This document shows, piece by piece, positions 52,526 to 61,690 of a DNA stretch of 64,000 nt (within the stretch, counting starts at the first letter, position 1; every line of letters begins with the position of its first letter). The translations under genes and the position numbers were made by a program. Below the pieces are notes generated by a model. It was not told the origin of the DNA and did not search any database. It saw only the letters and a list, made by a program, of their open reading frames with translations. This DNA is from Caulobacterales bacterium (GTDB taxonomy: Bacteria; Pseudomonadota; Alphaproteobacteria; Caulobacterales; Aquidulcibacteraceae). Location of the stretch: assembly GCA_049314555.1 (NCBI GenBank), contig JBMOEW010000006.1, positions 23,100-87,099 of the forward strand, written 5' to 3'.

Positions 52526-53694
52526 TGCAAAATTCTGGAAAACTTGCCGCCGCCGCCGCTGCAGTCGTTGCCGCCGCAACCCCCGCTTTCGCGCAAACGC
52601 CGCTAGCCACGGTATCTGCCGAATACACCGCTGAAGTGATCGGCCCCGTCGATGGCGCATCAACACAGCGCGGTCGGTTTTTGGACAACCTATCCATCGA
52701 AGCAGGCCTAAACTTAGAACGCGCCATCGGCTGGCAAGGGGCTGCGCTAAACCTGCACCTGCTCAATAATTCCGGTGGCGAACCCAACCAAGACGTGGGT
52801 TCCCTGGAAGGCGTTTCCAACATCGAAGTGGCTCGCCATCGCGCCAAGGTTTTCGAGTTCTGGCTCGAACAGCAGGCAGGCAGGCACAACTTCGTCGTTG
52901 GCTTCTACGACCTCAACCGAGACTTCTACGCCACGGAATCTGCGGGCCTTTTGCTGGCTCCGCCATTCGGCATCGGCTCAGAAATTGCCGCAACCGGCAC
53001 CAACGGCCCGTCGATCTTCCCTTCCAGCGCCTTAGGAGCCCGTTGGCACGTCGCACCTTCCTCTAGCACCTATGTGCAAACGGCCGTCTTTGACGCCAGC
53101 GCAGGTGTCTTGGGCGACCCAGACGACATCTCAGGCAGCTTTGAAAACGGAGCTCTGCTGATTGGCGAAGCTGGCATCACAAAAAGCGGCAAACTGGCGC
53201 TAGGCCTGTGGAGCTCCACGCAGGCGCAACCCGATATCCGCGACCTGACCTCAACCGGCGACCCGGCCGATGCAGACGCCCGCGGTGCCTATCTTTTGGC
53301 AGAGCACGATGTCTTGGACCGTGCACCCGGCACGATCACTGCCTTTGTCCGCGCGGGCCTGTCCGACGGCGATACCACTGACTTTGAAGGTGGCTGGCAA
53401 ACCGGCTTCAATTGGTCTGGCTTTTCAGCCTCCCGCCCCGATGCCGTGGCAGCCCTGGGTCTGCGACATGGCGCGATTTCACCCAAGGCTCGCGACAACA
53501 TGCGCGATGCCGGGATGGATCCAAGCACAGGTGAGTATGGCTTGGAGCTGACCTTCGCCGATCAAATCACGCCGTGGCTGTCGGTCCAACCGGATCTTCA
53601 GCTGATCTGGAACCCCGGCGCAGACGATCAGGCAGACACCATCACCGTGCTTGGCGTGCGTGCCGCGATCGCGCTAGACCGCACCTGGGACTAA
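52525..53694 (+). CDS. carbohydrate-selective porin, OprB family
   Basis: Signal peptide ...TPAFA, then YTAEVIG...FLDNLSIEAGLNLE...GWQGAALNLHLLNNSG...EFWLEQ, which is typical of OprB. The start shares 1 nt with the MCP stop (TGATG). Confidence 0.82.
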   Translation: MQNSGKLAAAAAAVVAAATPAFAQTPLATVSAEYTAEVIGPVDGASTQRGRFLDNLSIEAGLNLERAIGWQGAALNLHLLNNSGGEPNQDVGSLEGVSNIEVARHRAKVFEFWLEQQAGRHNFVVGFYDLNRDFYATESAGLLLAPPFGIGSEIAATGTNGPSIFPSSALGARWHVAPSSSTYVQTAVFDASAGVLGDPDDISGSFENGALLIGEAGITKSGKLALGLWSSTQAQPDIRDLTSTGDPADADARGAYLLAEHDVLDRAPGTITAFVRAGLSDGDTTDFEGGWQTGFNWSGFSASRPDAVAALGLRHGAISPKARDNMRDAGMDPSTGEYGLELTFADQITPWLSVQPDLQLIWNPGADDQADTITVLGVRAAIALDRTWD

Positions 53695-53715
53695 ACCGCG
53701 TTAGGTCGCAAAACC

Positions 53716-53752
53716 CCGCCGCTGCTCTAACCGGCAAGCGGCGGCGCTTTTT
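53716..53752 (+). terminator. Rho-independent terminator after the porin gene (overlaps the 3' end of gor)
   Basis: 8-bp stem CCGCCGCT (53716-53723) / AGCGGCGG (53737-53744) with a 13-nt loop, then CGC and TTTTT (53748-53752). Confidence 0.55.
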
Positions 53753-55100
53753 CCCGCAATGTCACCAGCTCTTCTGCCGCTGTCGGGTGCAACGCGCAGG
53801 TGTCGTCCCATTGCTGCTTGGTGAGGCCCGCCTTCACCGCAATCGCCGCAAGCTGGATCATTTCCGCCGCATCGGGCCCGGCGATATGGACGCCAACAAC
53901 TTTCTGCGTTGCCTCTTCCACCACCAGCTTCATGAGCATCCGCTCCTGATTGTCAGGCAAGATGTATTTCATCGGCCGAAATTGCGTCCGGTAGATATCC
54001 ACCGCGCCAAACTTTTGCCGCGCCTGCGCTTCGCTCAACCCCACCACGCCAACCTGCGGGCGAGTAAACACGGCGGAAGGCACATCGGCATGATCAAACG
54101 CCGTTGGTCGGTTGTTGAACACCGTGTCGGCAAACGCCTGCCCCTCCCGGATCGCCACGGGCGTCAACGCGATCCGATCGGTCACATCGCCCACGGCATA
54201 GATCGTTGCCACATTGGTTTGCGAATAGGCGTTCACCGGGATCGCGCCGCGCTTGCCGGTCTTCACTCCCGCCGTTTCCAGGCCCAACCCTTCCGTGTAA
54301 GGCGTCCGGCCGATCGCGTGCATCACAAGATCGGTTTCAATCCGCATGCCGTTGGTCAAGCTCACCTGATAGCCATCGCCCGCCGAGGTAATCTCTTTCA
54401 GCACGGTGCCGGTCACCACCGACACCCCTTGGCGCTTCAACTCGCTATGCACATGCACGCGGATATCGTCGTCAAAGCCGTTCAGAACAGTTTCGCCGCG
54501 ATAGACCAAGCAAACCTGCGCCCCAAGGCCTAGAAAGATGTTGGCAAACTCCACCGCGATATAGCCGCCCCCCAAGATCGTCACGTGCTTGGGCAAATGC
54601 GGCAGGTTAAACGCATCGTCTGAGGTGATCGCCAACTCCTGGCCTTTCACCTCCACCGGCCGATACGGCCGCCCGCCGGTGGCAATCAGCAGCGTGCGGG
54701 CCGTGACGGTCTCGTTGGCATGCACCAGGCGCACCGTGTTGGTGCCCACCAGTTCAGCCCGGTCATGCACCACCGTAACGCCGGCGTTGTTGAGGTTGCG
54801 CAAATAGATGCCAGACAGCCGGTCTACTTCCCGCGCGACGTTGTCCCGCAGGGTTGACCAATCAAACCGCGCCCACTCCACCGTCCAGCCATAGCCCTTG
54901 GCGTCCTGGAAGGACTTGGCAAACTCGCTGCCATACACAAGCAGCTTCTTTGGCACACACCCGCGCACGACGCAGGTGCCCCCCACCCGAAACTCCTCGA
55001 CCACCGCCACCTTGGCCCCAGACCCCGCAGCGATCCGCGCGGCGCGAACGCCCCCAGAGCCCGCCCCGATCACCAATAGGTCGTAGTCATAATTTGCCAT
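53727..55100 (-). CDS. gor: glutathione-disulfide reductase
   Basis: YDYDLLVIGAGSGGVRAAR...GGTCVVRGCVPKK redox centre, and C-terminal HPTAAEELVT. GGAGG SD before ATG 55100. Confidence 0.88.
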   Translation of the reverse strand: MANYDYDLLVIGAGSGGVRAARIAAGSGAKVAVVEEFRVGGTCVVRGCVPKKLLVYGSEFAKSFQDAKGYGWTVEWARFDWSTLRDNVAREVDRLSGIYLRNLNNAGVTVVHDRAELVGTNTVRLVHANETVTARTLLIATGGRPYRPVEVKGQELAITSDDAFNLPHLPKHVTILGGGYIAVEFANIFLGLGAQVCLVYRGETVLNGFDDDIRVHVHSELKRQGVSVVTGTVLKEITSAGDGYQVSLTNGMRIETDLVMHAIGRTPYTEGLGLETAGVKTGKRGAIPVNAYSQTNVATIYAVGDVTDRIALTPVAIREGQAFADTVFNNRPTAFDHADVPSAVFTRPQVGVVGLSEAQARQKFGAVDIYRTQFRPMKYILPDNQERMLMKLVVEEATQKVVGVHIAGPDAAEMIQLAAIAVKAGLTKQQWDDTCALHPTAAEELVTLREKAPPLAG

Positions 55101-55219
55101 GCAGGCCTCCGGTGGGTCAGGCAAACGACCGAGCTAGGCCCACACCGCCTGAATTGCAAGGAACGATTGGCCGCGCTGCGTCTGGCCCGCTGGCGCGCAA
55201 AACAAGCTGAAGATGGCCC

Positions 55220-55888
55220 TCACACCACGATGGCTTCGTGCGCCAGGCCAATAAACAGGCCATGCTCCACAACGCCAGGAATGGCTTTCAAGAGCTGCCC
55301 GAGCAGCGCCGGATCAGGGATCTCGCCTGCCTGGGCATCAAGGATAAAATTGCCCCCATCCGTCACGAATGGTGCCCCATCCCGTTGCCGCAGAGATAGA
55401 AAATCGCGCGCGCACCCCGCCGCGCGCAGCGCCTCCGCCACCTGCCGCGCGGTCAAGGCCCATGCAAACGGCGTGACCTCCACAGGCAACGCAAACCGCC
55501 CCAACCGCGCCACCCGCTTGCCACTGTCGGCGATCACCACAAACCGCAAGGCGGCTGCAGCCACAATCTTTTCCCGCAAGAGCGCCCCGCCACCGCCCTT
55601 GATCAGGGTCAGGGCGGGATCGATTTCGTCGGCCCCGTCCACCGCCAGATCAAACCGCGTGTTAGGCCCCGGCTCAATCAGCGGAACACCGTGCGCCAGC
55701 GCCAAATCAGCCGTGGCCTGCGATGTCGGAACAGCCCCCGCAATCAGCAGCCCCGCCTCAATCCGCGCCCCAAGCGCCCGCACAAAATGCGCAGCCGTAG
55801 AGCCCGTGCCGAGCCCCAACGTCATGCCCGGCTGCACCAACTCCAAGGCTTGGAGCGCGGCCGCCTTTTTCGCCTCGTCCGCGGTCAT
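55220..55888 (-). CDS. rpiA: ribose-5-phosphate isomerase A
   Basis: LGLGTGSTAAHF..., DGADEID, and KGGGGALLREK motifs. The start overlaps the glmU stop (ATGA). Confidence 0.92.
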   Translation of the reverse strand: MTADEAKKAAALQALELVQPGMTLGLGTGSTAAHFVRALGARIEAGLLIAGAVPTSQATADLALAHGVPLIEPGPNTRFDLAVDGADEIDPALTLIKGGGGALLREKIVAAAALRFVVIADSGKRVARLGRFALPVEVTPFAWALTARQVAEALRAAGCARDFLSLRQRDGAPFVTDGGNFILDAQAGEIPDPALLGQLLKAIPGVVEHGLFIGLAHEAIVV

Positions 55889-57243
55889 GCCTCGCCCTTT
55901 TTTCTGTTCGCCAGCTTGCGCGCGCGAAACTTGGCGGCCCACCCAGGGATCATCCGCAGCTCACCGCGGGCCACCGCCAGCGCATCGTCTGGCACATCCT
56001 TCGTGATCACAGAGCCAGACCCCGTATACGCCCCCGCCCCCACCGTCACCGGTGCCACCAGGGCGGTATCAGAGCCAATAAACGCACCCGCGCCGATCAC
56101 TGTGCGGTGCTTGTCAAACCCGTCGTAATTGCAGGTGATGGTGCCAGCCCCCAGATTGGCACCGGCCCCCACATCCGCATCGCCAACATACGTGAGGTGG
56201 CTTGCTTGCGCCTTTTCGCCAAAGACGGCGTTCTTCACCTCCACAAAATTGCCAATCTTGACCGCGCGACCAAGCTCGGTTCCTGGCCGCAACCGGGCAA
56301 ACGGCCCAACCTTTGCCCCTGGCCCGATGTGTGCCCCCGCAATGTGGCTATAGGCATGGATCACAGCCCCCGTCTCCATCCGCACGCCCGGCCCAAACAC
56401 CACCCCCGGCTCGATCGTCACATCCTGGGCAATCTGGGTATCGTGACTGAAATAAACCGTATCCGGATCAATCATCGTGACCCCAGCTTCAAGCGCCGCG
56501 CGCCGCGCCCGCGCCTGAAACACAGCCTCCGCACCCGCCAGGTCCACCCGCGAATTCACCCCAAGCACCTCGTTTTCGGGGCAGCGGATCAAGTGCGTGA
56601 AAAACCCGGACGAGCGCCCAAGGCCAACGATATCGGTGAGGTAGTATTCGCCCTTGGCGTTATCGTTGCGCACCATCGACAACAGGTTGAACAAAATCGC
56701 AGCGTCCGCCACGAACACCCCGGAATTACACACCTTCACCGCCCGCTCGTCGTCGGTAGCGTCCTTTTCTTCCACGATCCGCGCAACCCGGCCCTGCTCA
56801 TCCAGGATCAACCGCCCATATCCGGTTGGCACGCCCGCCTCAAAGCCAAGCACCACGATCCCGCCCTTTTCGGCCCGCAGCGCAAACATCAGCGCCACGG
56901 TTTCCGCCTGGATCAGCGGCGTATCGCCATACAGCACCGCCACCGCGCCCTCGTGCCCCGCCAGCGCCTCCTTGGCCGCCAACACGGCATGCCCGGTGCC
57001 CTTGGGCTCATGCTGCAACGCAAGGCCAGCCGCCCCCGCCAACGCCACCGCCCGCGCCTTCACGTCCTCCATTGCCGGATTGGCCACAATCACCAGCCGC
57101 TCGCACAGGGCCGCGCGCGCCATCGCCACAGACCAATCCAACATGGCCCTGCCGCCCACCGCATGCAGCACCTTCGGCAAGCCAGACCGCATCCGCGAGC
57201 CCTGCCCGGCCGCCAGAATGACCGCGGCGCGCTTCTCACTCAT
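55885..57243 (-). CDS. glmU: bifunctional UDP-N-acetylglucosamine diphosphorylase / glucosamine-1-phosphate N-acetyltransferase
   Basis: AVILAAGQGSRMRSGLPKVLH N-terminus, with a left-handed beta-helix hexapeptide C-terminus. 452 aa from ATG 57243. Confidence 0.93.
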   Translation of the reverse strand: MSEKRAAVILAAGQGSRMRSGLPKVLHAVGGRAMLDWSVAMARAALCERLVIVANPAMEDVKARAVALAGAAGLALQHEPKGTGHAVLAAKEALAGHEGAVAVLYGDTPLIQAETVALMFALRAEKGGIVVLGFEAGVPTGYGRLILDEQGRVARIVEEKDATDDERAVKVCNSGVFVADAAILFNLLSMVRNDNAKGEYYLTDIVGLGRSSGFFTHLIRCPENEVLGVNSRVDLAGAEAVFQARARRAALEAGVTMIDPDTVYFSHDTQIAQDVTIEPGVVFGPGVRMETGAVIHAYSHIAGAHIGPGAKVGPFARLRPGTELGRAVKIGNFVEVKNAVFGEKAQASHLTYVGDADVGAGANLGAGTITCNYDGFDKHRTVIGAGAFIGSDTALVAPVTVGAGAYTGSGSVITKDVPDDALAVARGELRMIPGWAAKFRARKLANRKKGEA

Positions 57244-57359
57244 GGTATCTCTCCTGGCATGCACCCACGCTTGCGGGCGCCTTTTATCGCAGGCCGCATC
57301 ATCAAGCGAGCACGAAGCGACCAATCGCGCTAACATGGTGAAGTTGAGGGGATTCGGCG

Positions 57360-58067
57360 ATGCCGGCGGATATGCAGTTTTCTCCAAACCTAACCGGCAC
57401 CACGGTGGTCTTTGACCTAGACGGCACCCTGGTCGATACCGCGCCAGATCTGCTGCGCGCCCTTAACTTGACCCTCGACCTCGAAGGACTGCCCCACGCG
57501 CCGACTCAAGCCATGCGGGTACTGGTTGGTCAGGGCGCGCGCGCTATGATCGAGCGGGCGGCAGGCATGGCAGGTGCCCGCTTTTCGCAACCCCGGTTGG
57601 ATCAACTCACCGAAGCCTTCGTCGCCTATTATCGCCAGGATATTGCGGCTGAAAGCCTGCCCTTCCCCGGCGTGGAAGAAACCTTGACGATCCTGGCGGA
57701 GGCAGGCGCCCGCCTCGCCGTCTGCACCAACAAGCGCACCGATCTGTCCATTCAGTTGCTGCGCGCTTTGGATCTGGAACTCCGATTTTCAGCCATTGTC
57801 GGTGCCGATTCCGTCACCCACAAAAAACCCCACCCCGATCATTTCCGCGAGACCGTCGCCCGTGCCGGCGGCGTGGTGCGCGCTTCCGTGATGGTCGGCG
57901 ATTCCGCCCCCGATGTGGCGTCGGCAAAGGCCGCAGGCGCGCCCGCCGTGGTGGTCACGTTTGGCTACAGCGAAGTGCCGGTGGAAAAGCTGGGGGCGGA
58001 TGCGATCCTGGAGGACTACGCAGACGCGGTGCCAATTTTGACACGCCTGCTGCGGCCCGCGGGCTAA
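57360..58067 (+). CDS. gph: HAD family hydrolase (phosphoglycolate phosphatase-like)
   Basis: VVFDLDGTLVDTAPDL (DxDG motif), CTNK, HKKPHPD, and VGDSAPDV. Confidence 0.8.
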   Translation: MPADMQFSPNLTGTTVVFDLDGTLVDTAPDLLRALNLTLDLEGLPHAPTQAMRVLVGQGARAMIERAAGMAGARFSQPRLDQLTEAFVAYYRQDIAAESLPFPGVEETLTILAEAGARLAVCTNKRTDLSIQLLRALDLELRFSAIVGADSVTHKKPHPDHFRETVARAGGVVRASVMVGDSAPDVASAKAAGAPAVVVTFGYSEVPVEKLGADAILEDYADAVPILTRLLRPAG

Positions 58068-58099
58068 CCAGCACACAGTTAAACCGCACTGCTCGGCAT

Positions 58100-58136
58100 G
58101 CAAACGAAACCGCGCCAGACCCTAAAGCCTGGCGCG
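58100..58136 (-). terminator. candidate terminator hairpin between gph and the 75-aa ORF (convergent)
   Basis: 8-bp stem CGCGCCAG (58111-58118) / CTGGCGCG (58129-58136) with a 10-nt loop. On the reverse strand it is followed by GTTTCGTTTG. Confidence 0.45.
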
Positions 58137-58161
58137 CTGCGCTGTGTGCCCTTCAGGCCCC

Positions 58162-58389
58162 TTACGCTAAGGCCATCCGGTCGTCCTGCTCGAACTCCAC
58201 CTCGTCGCGCCGCTTTGGCATGCCGTTGGTCATATCGCTGCGCACGTCGGTCCGTGCCGAGCGCATGGCAGGCATGAACCCGGCCTCCACGAGGCGCACT
58301 TCGACATTATAGCCGCGCTCGCGCCAGTATTCTTCGATCCGCTGCTTCAACCGACGCGCCCCGTCTTGTGTGCAGAAATCGTAGTCCAT
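58162..58389 (-). CDS. small hypothetical protein (75 aa)
   Basis: MDYDFCTQDGARRLKQRIEEYWRERGYNVEVRLVEAGFMPAMRSARTDVRSDM... A strong GGAGGTGGAGG SD lies 9 nt upstream of ATG 58389. Third positions are GC-rich. Confidence 0.6.
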   Translation of the reverse strand: MDYDFCTQDGARRLKQRIEEYWRERGYNVEVRLVEAGFMPAMRSARTDVRSDMTNGMPKRRDEVEFEQDDRMALA

Positions 58390-59001
58390 AATTTCTTCCT
58401 CCACCTCCGGCCACACCGCAATGCGGTCGGTGAAGCGCGTGGCGCTCACCACGCAAACAATCCTCGCTCGCCCAGGACGGCAACAACATCCCACCTGAGA
58501 GCGGCAGGCTTTTGACGCTTTTGTGGAAAGGACGCAAGGGAATCCTTACCACGTCTCATTCGCGCCACTATTTGGTAACATTACAAAAACTATAGAAAGT
58601 CAAATTTTAGAATAATTTGCCCCATTTCATTTCGGCGATCACGTTCGTTGAACCTATTCTAGGGGAAACTACCCATAAGCTGCGGAATAGCTTTTCTTAC
58701 TAACGTCACAATACGTGATCTGAGCCAAGCCCGGATCAACCCTGTAGCCAAAAAAATTTTAAATCCCCCGGATTTGGCCCCGCGCTTGAAAAACGCCGGC
58801 CAATCAACAAGGTGCGCGGTTAGTGCCGCATTGCGGCCCACGATGCAACGCCGCGACTGCTTTTGGTGTGGCGCGCCGGGCGACGCGGCTCGTGGTTTGC
58901 CGCCACGCCGCGCGACCCGATAGGCCCGATCGTGGTCGCATTTGCCTTTGCCGGCTGGCGGGCATTACCCTGCCCCACGCAGACTTAAGGGGAGAGCCCA
59001 A

Positions 59002-60489
59002 GTGGTTGGAAGCGTGAGGGTAAATGTCCGCGGGCGCGACGGCAGCGTGACCTACACCGAAGCTCCGCACCGCGCCATTGACGGCCATTTCGAGTTTGGC
59101 GGCACCGATGTCGTCGCCATCATCGCGATGGGCTCCGAAAGTGACTGGCGCCGCGATCACGCCTGGGCGGTGCAAGAACGCGAAGCCATCCTGCGCTTCA
59201 TCGGCGAAGCGCTGATCCGCCAGCAAGCGCCAAACAGCAAGGCAGAGATCGATCTCGATCGCGGGCACATCCTTTTGCGCGGCGGCGTTGGAGGCCCGCC
59301 CAAAGCGGCCGACAGTCGCACCAAAGCTGCCGCCTTTTTCTGGCGACTAAACCGGCTGAAGGCGCTGGCTGCCGTCTTGGTTATGGCCCTGGCGGTTGGG
59401 GGTGGGGCCATCGCATTATTGGGGCGGGAGGCTTTTTCTGTGGCGCAACCATTGGGCTCACCGCTGAACGACAGCCTCCGCTATGAAAGCGGCGTGGCCA
59501 CGCTCATCACGCGCACAGACCCCCGCCCCCCGCGATGGAGCGGCCGAGGCGGCAACGACACCGTAACCCTAAGCCTTTTGCTGCTGCCGTTTGATGGCGA
59601 GGCCCGCCTAGTGCGTGTTGCGCAAGGCCTAGCGGCAAACAACCTGTCGCTCGCGCGCGTGCTTGGCAGCGATCGGCAGACCATCTGGTTTGAAGGCGCT
59701 GGGCTTTCTGGGGTGCGGCTTGCCGATGGCCGTCTCATCACGCCGGAAGATTTGCGCCGCGCCAATCCCGGTCTTGCCCCCGCTTTGTTTGACGATCCCA
59801 GGGGAATGGCGGCGAATAGAGGGCGACTGCACATCATCGCCCCCGACCGGAGCGCAGCGTTTGACGTGGACCCGTCGAGCCTGGTTGCAACGCCCACCGC
59901 GCCGCGCTTGTCGCCACCCCGGTTAAGTCCGCCGTCCCAGGATGTGTTCATGGCCACTGGTTTTGTGACAAACGCTGGCGGCTGGCTTGGCCTTCAGACC
60001 ACGGAGGATTTACAAGACGCATTCCGACCGGGGCGCTGGGTGCGGCCAATACAGGGTGCGCAAGCAGCGAACACGCAGCGCTTCTTGACCCGGGCGGTGC
60101 TGGAGCCGTCGTCAGACCGCGCGCGCTATCGCATCCTATCGATTGAAACCATTAGCGACGCGCCGTTCCTGAATGCAGGTTTTCTGCGCACGGACGACGG
60201 CTCAGAACCCCTACGCCTGCAGGACCAGCCGGGCGCGTTGATGATCCATACCCGGCCACCGGTCTTGACGGGCACGCTACTTGTCTCGCGGGTGACCGAA
60301 GATGGGCAAGTAGCGTGGACCGCTGACACAGGGCTTGACCGCTTCGCCCTGCGCCAAATCCTACCAGGCGACGGCATGAGCGTGTTCATCGGCACGCGCC
60401 TTGCTGAACCAGGCCGGGTCAGCGAGCCCCTCGCGGTGTTTATCAAAAACGACACCGGCGCAGTCACCCTCCATTCCCTGTGGCGTTAG
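59002..60489 (+). CDS. hypothetical single-pass membrane protein (495 aa)
   Basis: GTG 59002 is preceded by AAGGGGAGAG. It has an N-terminal soluble domain of about 95 aa, a TM helix LKALAAVLVMALAVGGGAIALLG, and an extracytoplasmic domain of about 345 aa. I do not recognise a family. Confidence 0.65.
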   Translation: MVGSVRVNVRGRDGSVTYTEAPHRAIDGHFEFGGTDVVAIIAMGSESDWRRDHAWAVQEREAILRFIGEALIRQQAPNSKAEIDLDRGHILLRGGVGGPPKAADSRTKAAAFFWRLNRLKALAAVLVMALAVGGGAIALLGREAFSVAQPLGSPLNDSLRYESGVATLITRTDPRPPRWSGRGGNDTVTLSLLLLPFDGEARLVRVAQGLAANNLSLARVLGSDRQTIWFEGAGLSGVRLADGRLITPEDLRRANPGLAPALFDDPRGMAANRGRLHIIAPDRSAAFDVDPSSLVATPTAPRLSPPRLSPPSQDVFMATGFVTNAGGWLGLQTTEDLQDAFRPGRWVRPIQGAQAANTQRFLTRAVLEPSSDRARYRILSIETISDAPFLNAGFLRTDDGSEPLRLQDQPGALMIHTRPPVLTGTLLVSRVTEDGQVAWTADTGLDRFALRQILPGDGMSVFIGTRLAEPGRVSEPLAVFIKNDTGAVTLHSLWR

Positions 60490-60794
60490 CCGTTCAAGTC
60501 CTGGCAATTGTTCCATCGGCCAGACACGTGTCAAATTGAGCTTGCATCCGGTGCGCACTGCGCTCGGCTGCGCTGCCGTTGCGGCCTATTTGTGGGTGAT
60601 GATCTAAGGCAGCCAGCAAGAACCTTTGCACTGACCAATGCCTTCCTCGGAGCAACGCCTCGCCGGTTCGCAGGGCGGTAATCCTGCCCTTCACGTTTCC
60701 GCTTCCGGGCTCGCCCGGCGGGGGCCACCGCGTTTACAAGTTTGGGGATGCCACCGACATTCAGAGCCTGCGGATCGGTCGATGCGTTGAAGGA

Positions 60795-61688
60795 TCACCC
60801 GAGCCGCGCCTTGAGGAAGTCGATCATAACGCGCACTTTGTTCGGCAGGTACGCGCGGCTGGGATAGATCGCCCAAGCCCCGGTATCAAACGTCGTGGCT
60901 GTGGCGCGCAGCTTGGGAAACACGTCGATCAAGCGGCCCGCGCGCAAGTCATCGGCCACAACAAGATCAGACAGAAGCGTTGGGCCAGCCCCGCCAAGTG
61001 CCGCGGCGCGCAAGGCAAGCGGCGTCGACATCACCACATCCCCGTCCACCGCGATCTCCAAGATTTCGCCTTTCGCGTTCTGAAATTTCCAGGCCGAACG
61101 AAACGCCCGCAGCGCAAGCAGCAAACAGCGATGCCGCGCCAGATCAGCAGGTGTCTTGAGCGGCGGGGCACGCTGCAGATAGTCCGGGCTCGCCACAACA
61201 TGATAACGCGTGGACATCAGCTTCACCGCGATCAGATCGCCTTCGATGGCGGGTGCCAGACGGATCGCAAGGTCGATCCTTTCCGCGACAAGATCGAGAT
61301 TGGCGTCTGTGAAGAGACAATCCACTTTCAGCCTGGGATAAAGCGCAGAAAACGCCCCGATCAATGGCGCAATCTGCAGGGTCCCGAACGCCATAGACGC
61401 CGTCACCCGCAAAACGCCGCGCGGCTCGGCATTGATGTTGGCGGCTTCCGCCCCGGCGCGGCGCATTTCTTCCAGCAACGGCTCCATCCGCGCCTGATAA
61501 AGGCCGCCGGCTTCCGTGAGGCTCAACGCACGCGTGGACCGCTGGAAGAGCCGCACGCCAAGCTCTTCTTCCAAGCTGGCAACGACCCGCGACACTGTCG
61601 ATGGATCGAGGTCACGCTCCTTCGCAACAGCAGCGAAGCTGCCCGCTTGGGCGACCGCAAGAAACAGATCCAACGCCTCAATGTCCAT
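60795..61688 (-). CDS. LysR family transcriptional regulator
   Basis: HTH N-terminus MDIEALDLFLAVAQAGSFAAVAKERDLDPSTVSRVVASLEEELGVRLFQR. It is divergent from the AhpD-like gene. Confidence 0.93.
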   Translation of the reverse strand: MDIEALDLFLAVAQAGSFAAVAKERDLDPSTVSRVVASLEEELGVRLFQRSTRALSLTEAGGLYQARMEPLLEEMRRAGAEAANINAEPRGVLRVTASMAFGTLQIAPLIGAFSALYPRLKVDCLFTDANLDLVAERIDLAIRLAPAIEGDLIAVKLMSTRYHVVASPDYLQRAPPLKTPADLARHRCLLLALRAFRSAWKFQNAKGEILEIAVDGDVVMSTPLALRAAALGGAGPTLLSDLVVADDLRAGRLIDVFPKLRATATTFDTGAWAIYPSRAYLPNKVRVMIDFLKARLG

Positions 61689-61690
61689 TC

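Noticed and set aside
58606-58622. TTTAGAA-TAA-TTTGCCC, resembling half of an Irr ICE box (TTTAGAA-N3-TTCTAAA). I also checked the surrounding AT-rich DNA for a dif (XerCD) site.
   Set aside because: Only the left half-site matches. There is no CATAA...TTATG dif-like dyad, so the match is compatible with chance in 42% GC sequence.
58659-58841. 60-aa minus-strand ORF in the 58.4-59.0 kb spacer
   Set aside because: There is no ribosome-binding site, composition is atypical and there are no motifs. It is most likely non-coding.
60490-60794. 305-bp gap between the unknown membrane protein and lysR, scanned for a gene remnant, tRNA or terminator
   Set aside because: All six frames give short unrecognisable peptides. 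There is no tRNA-like T-arm. Only weak 5-bp hairpins are present, so I cannot support any feature here.
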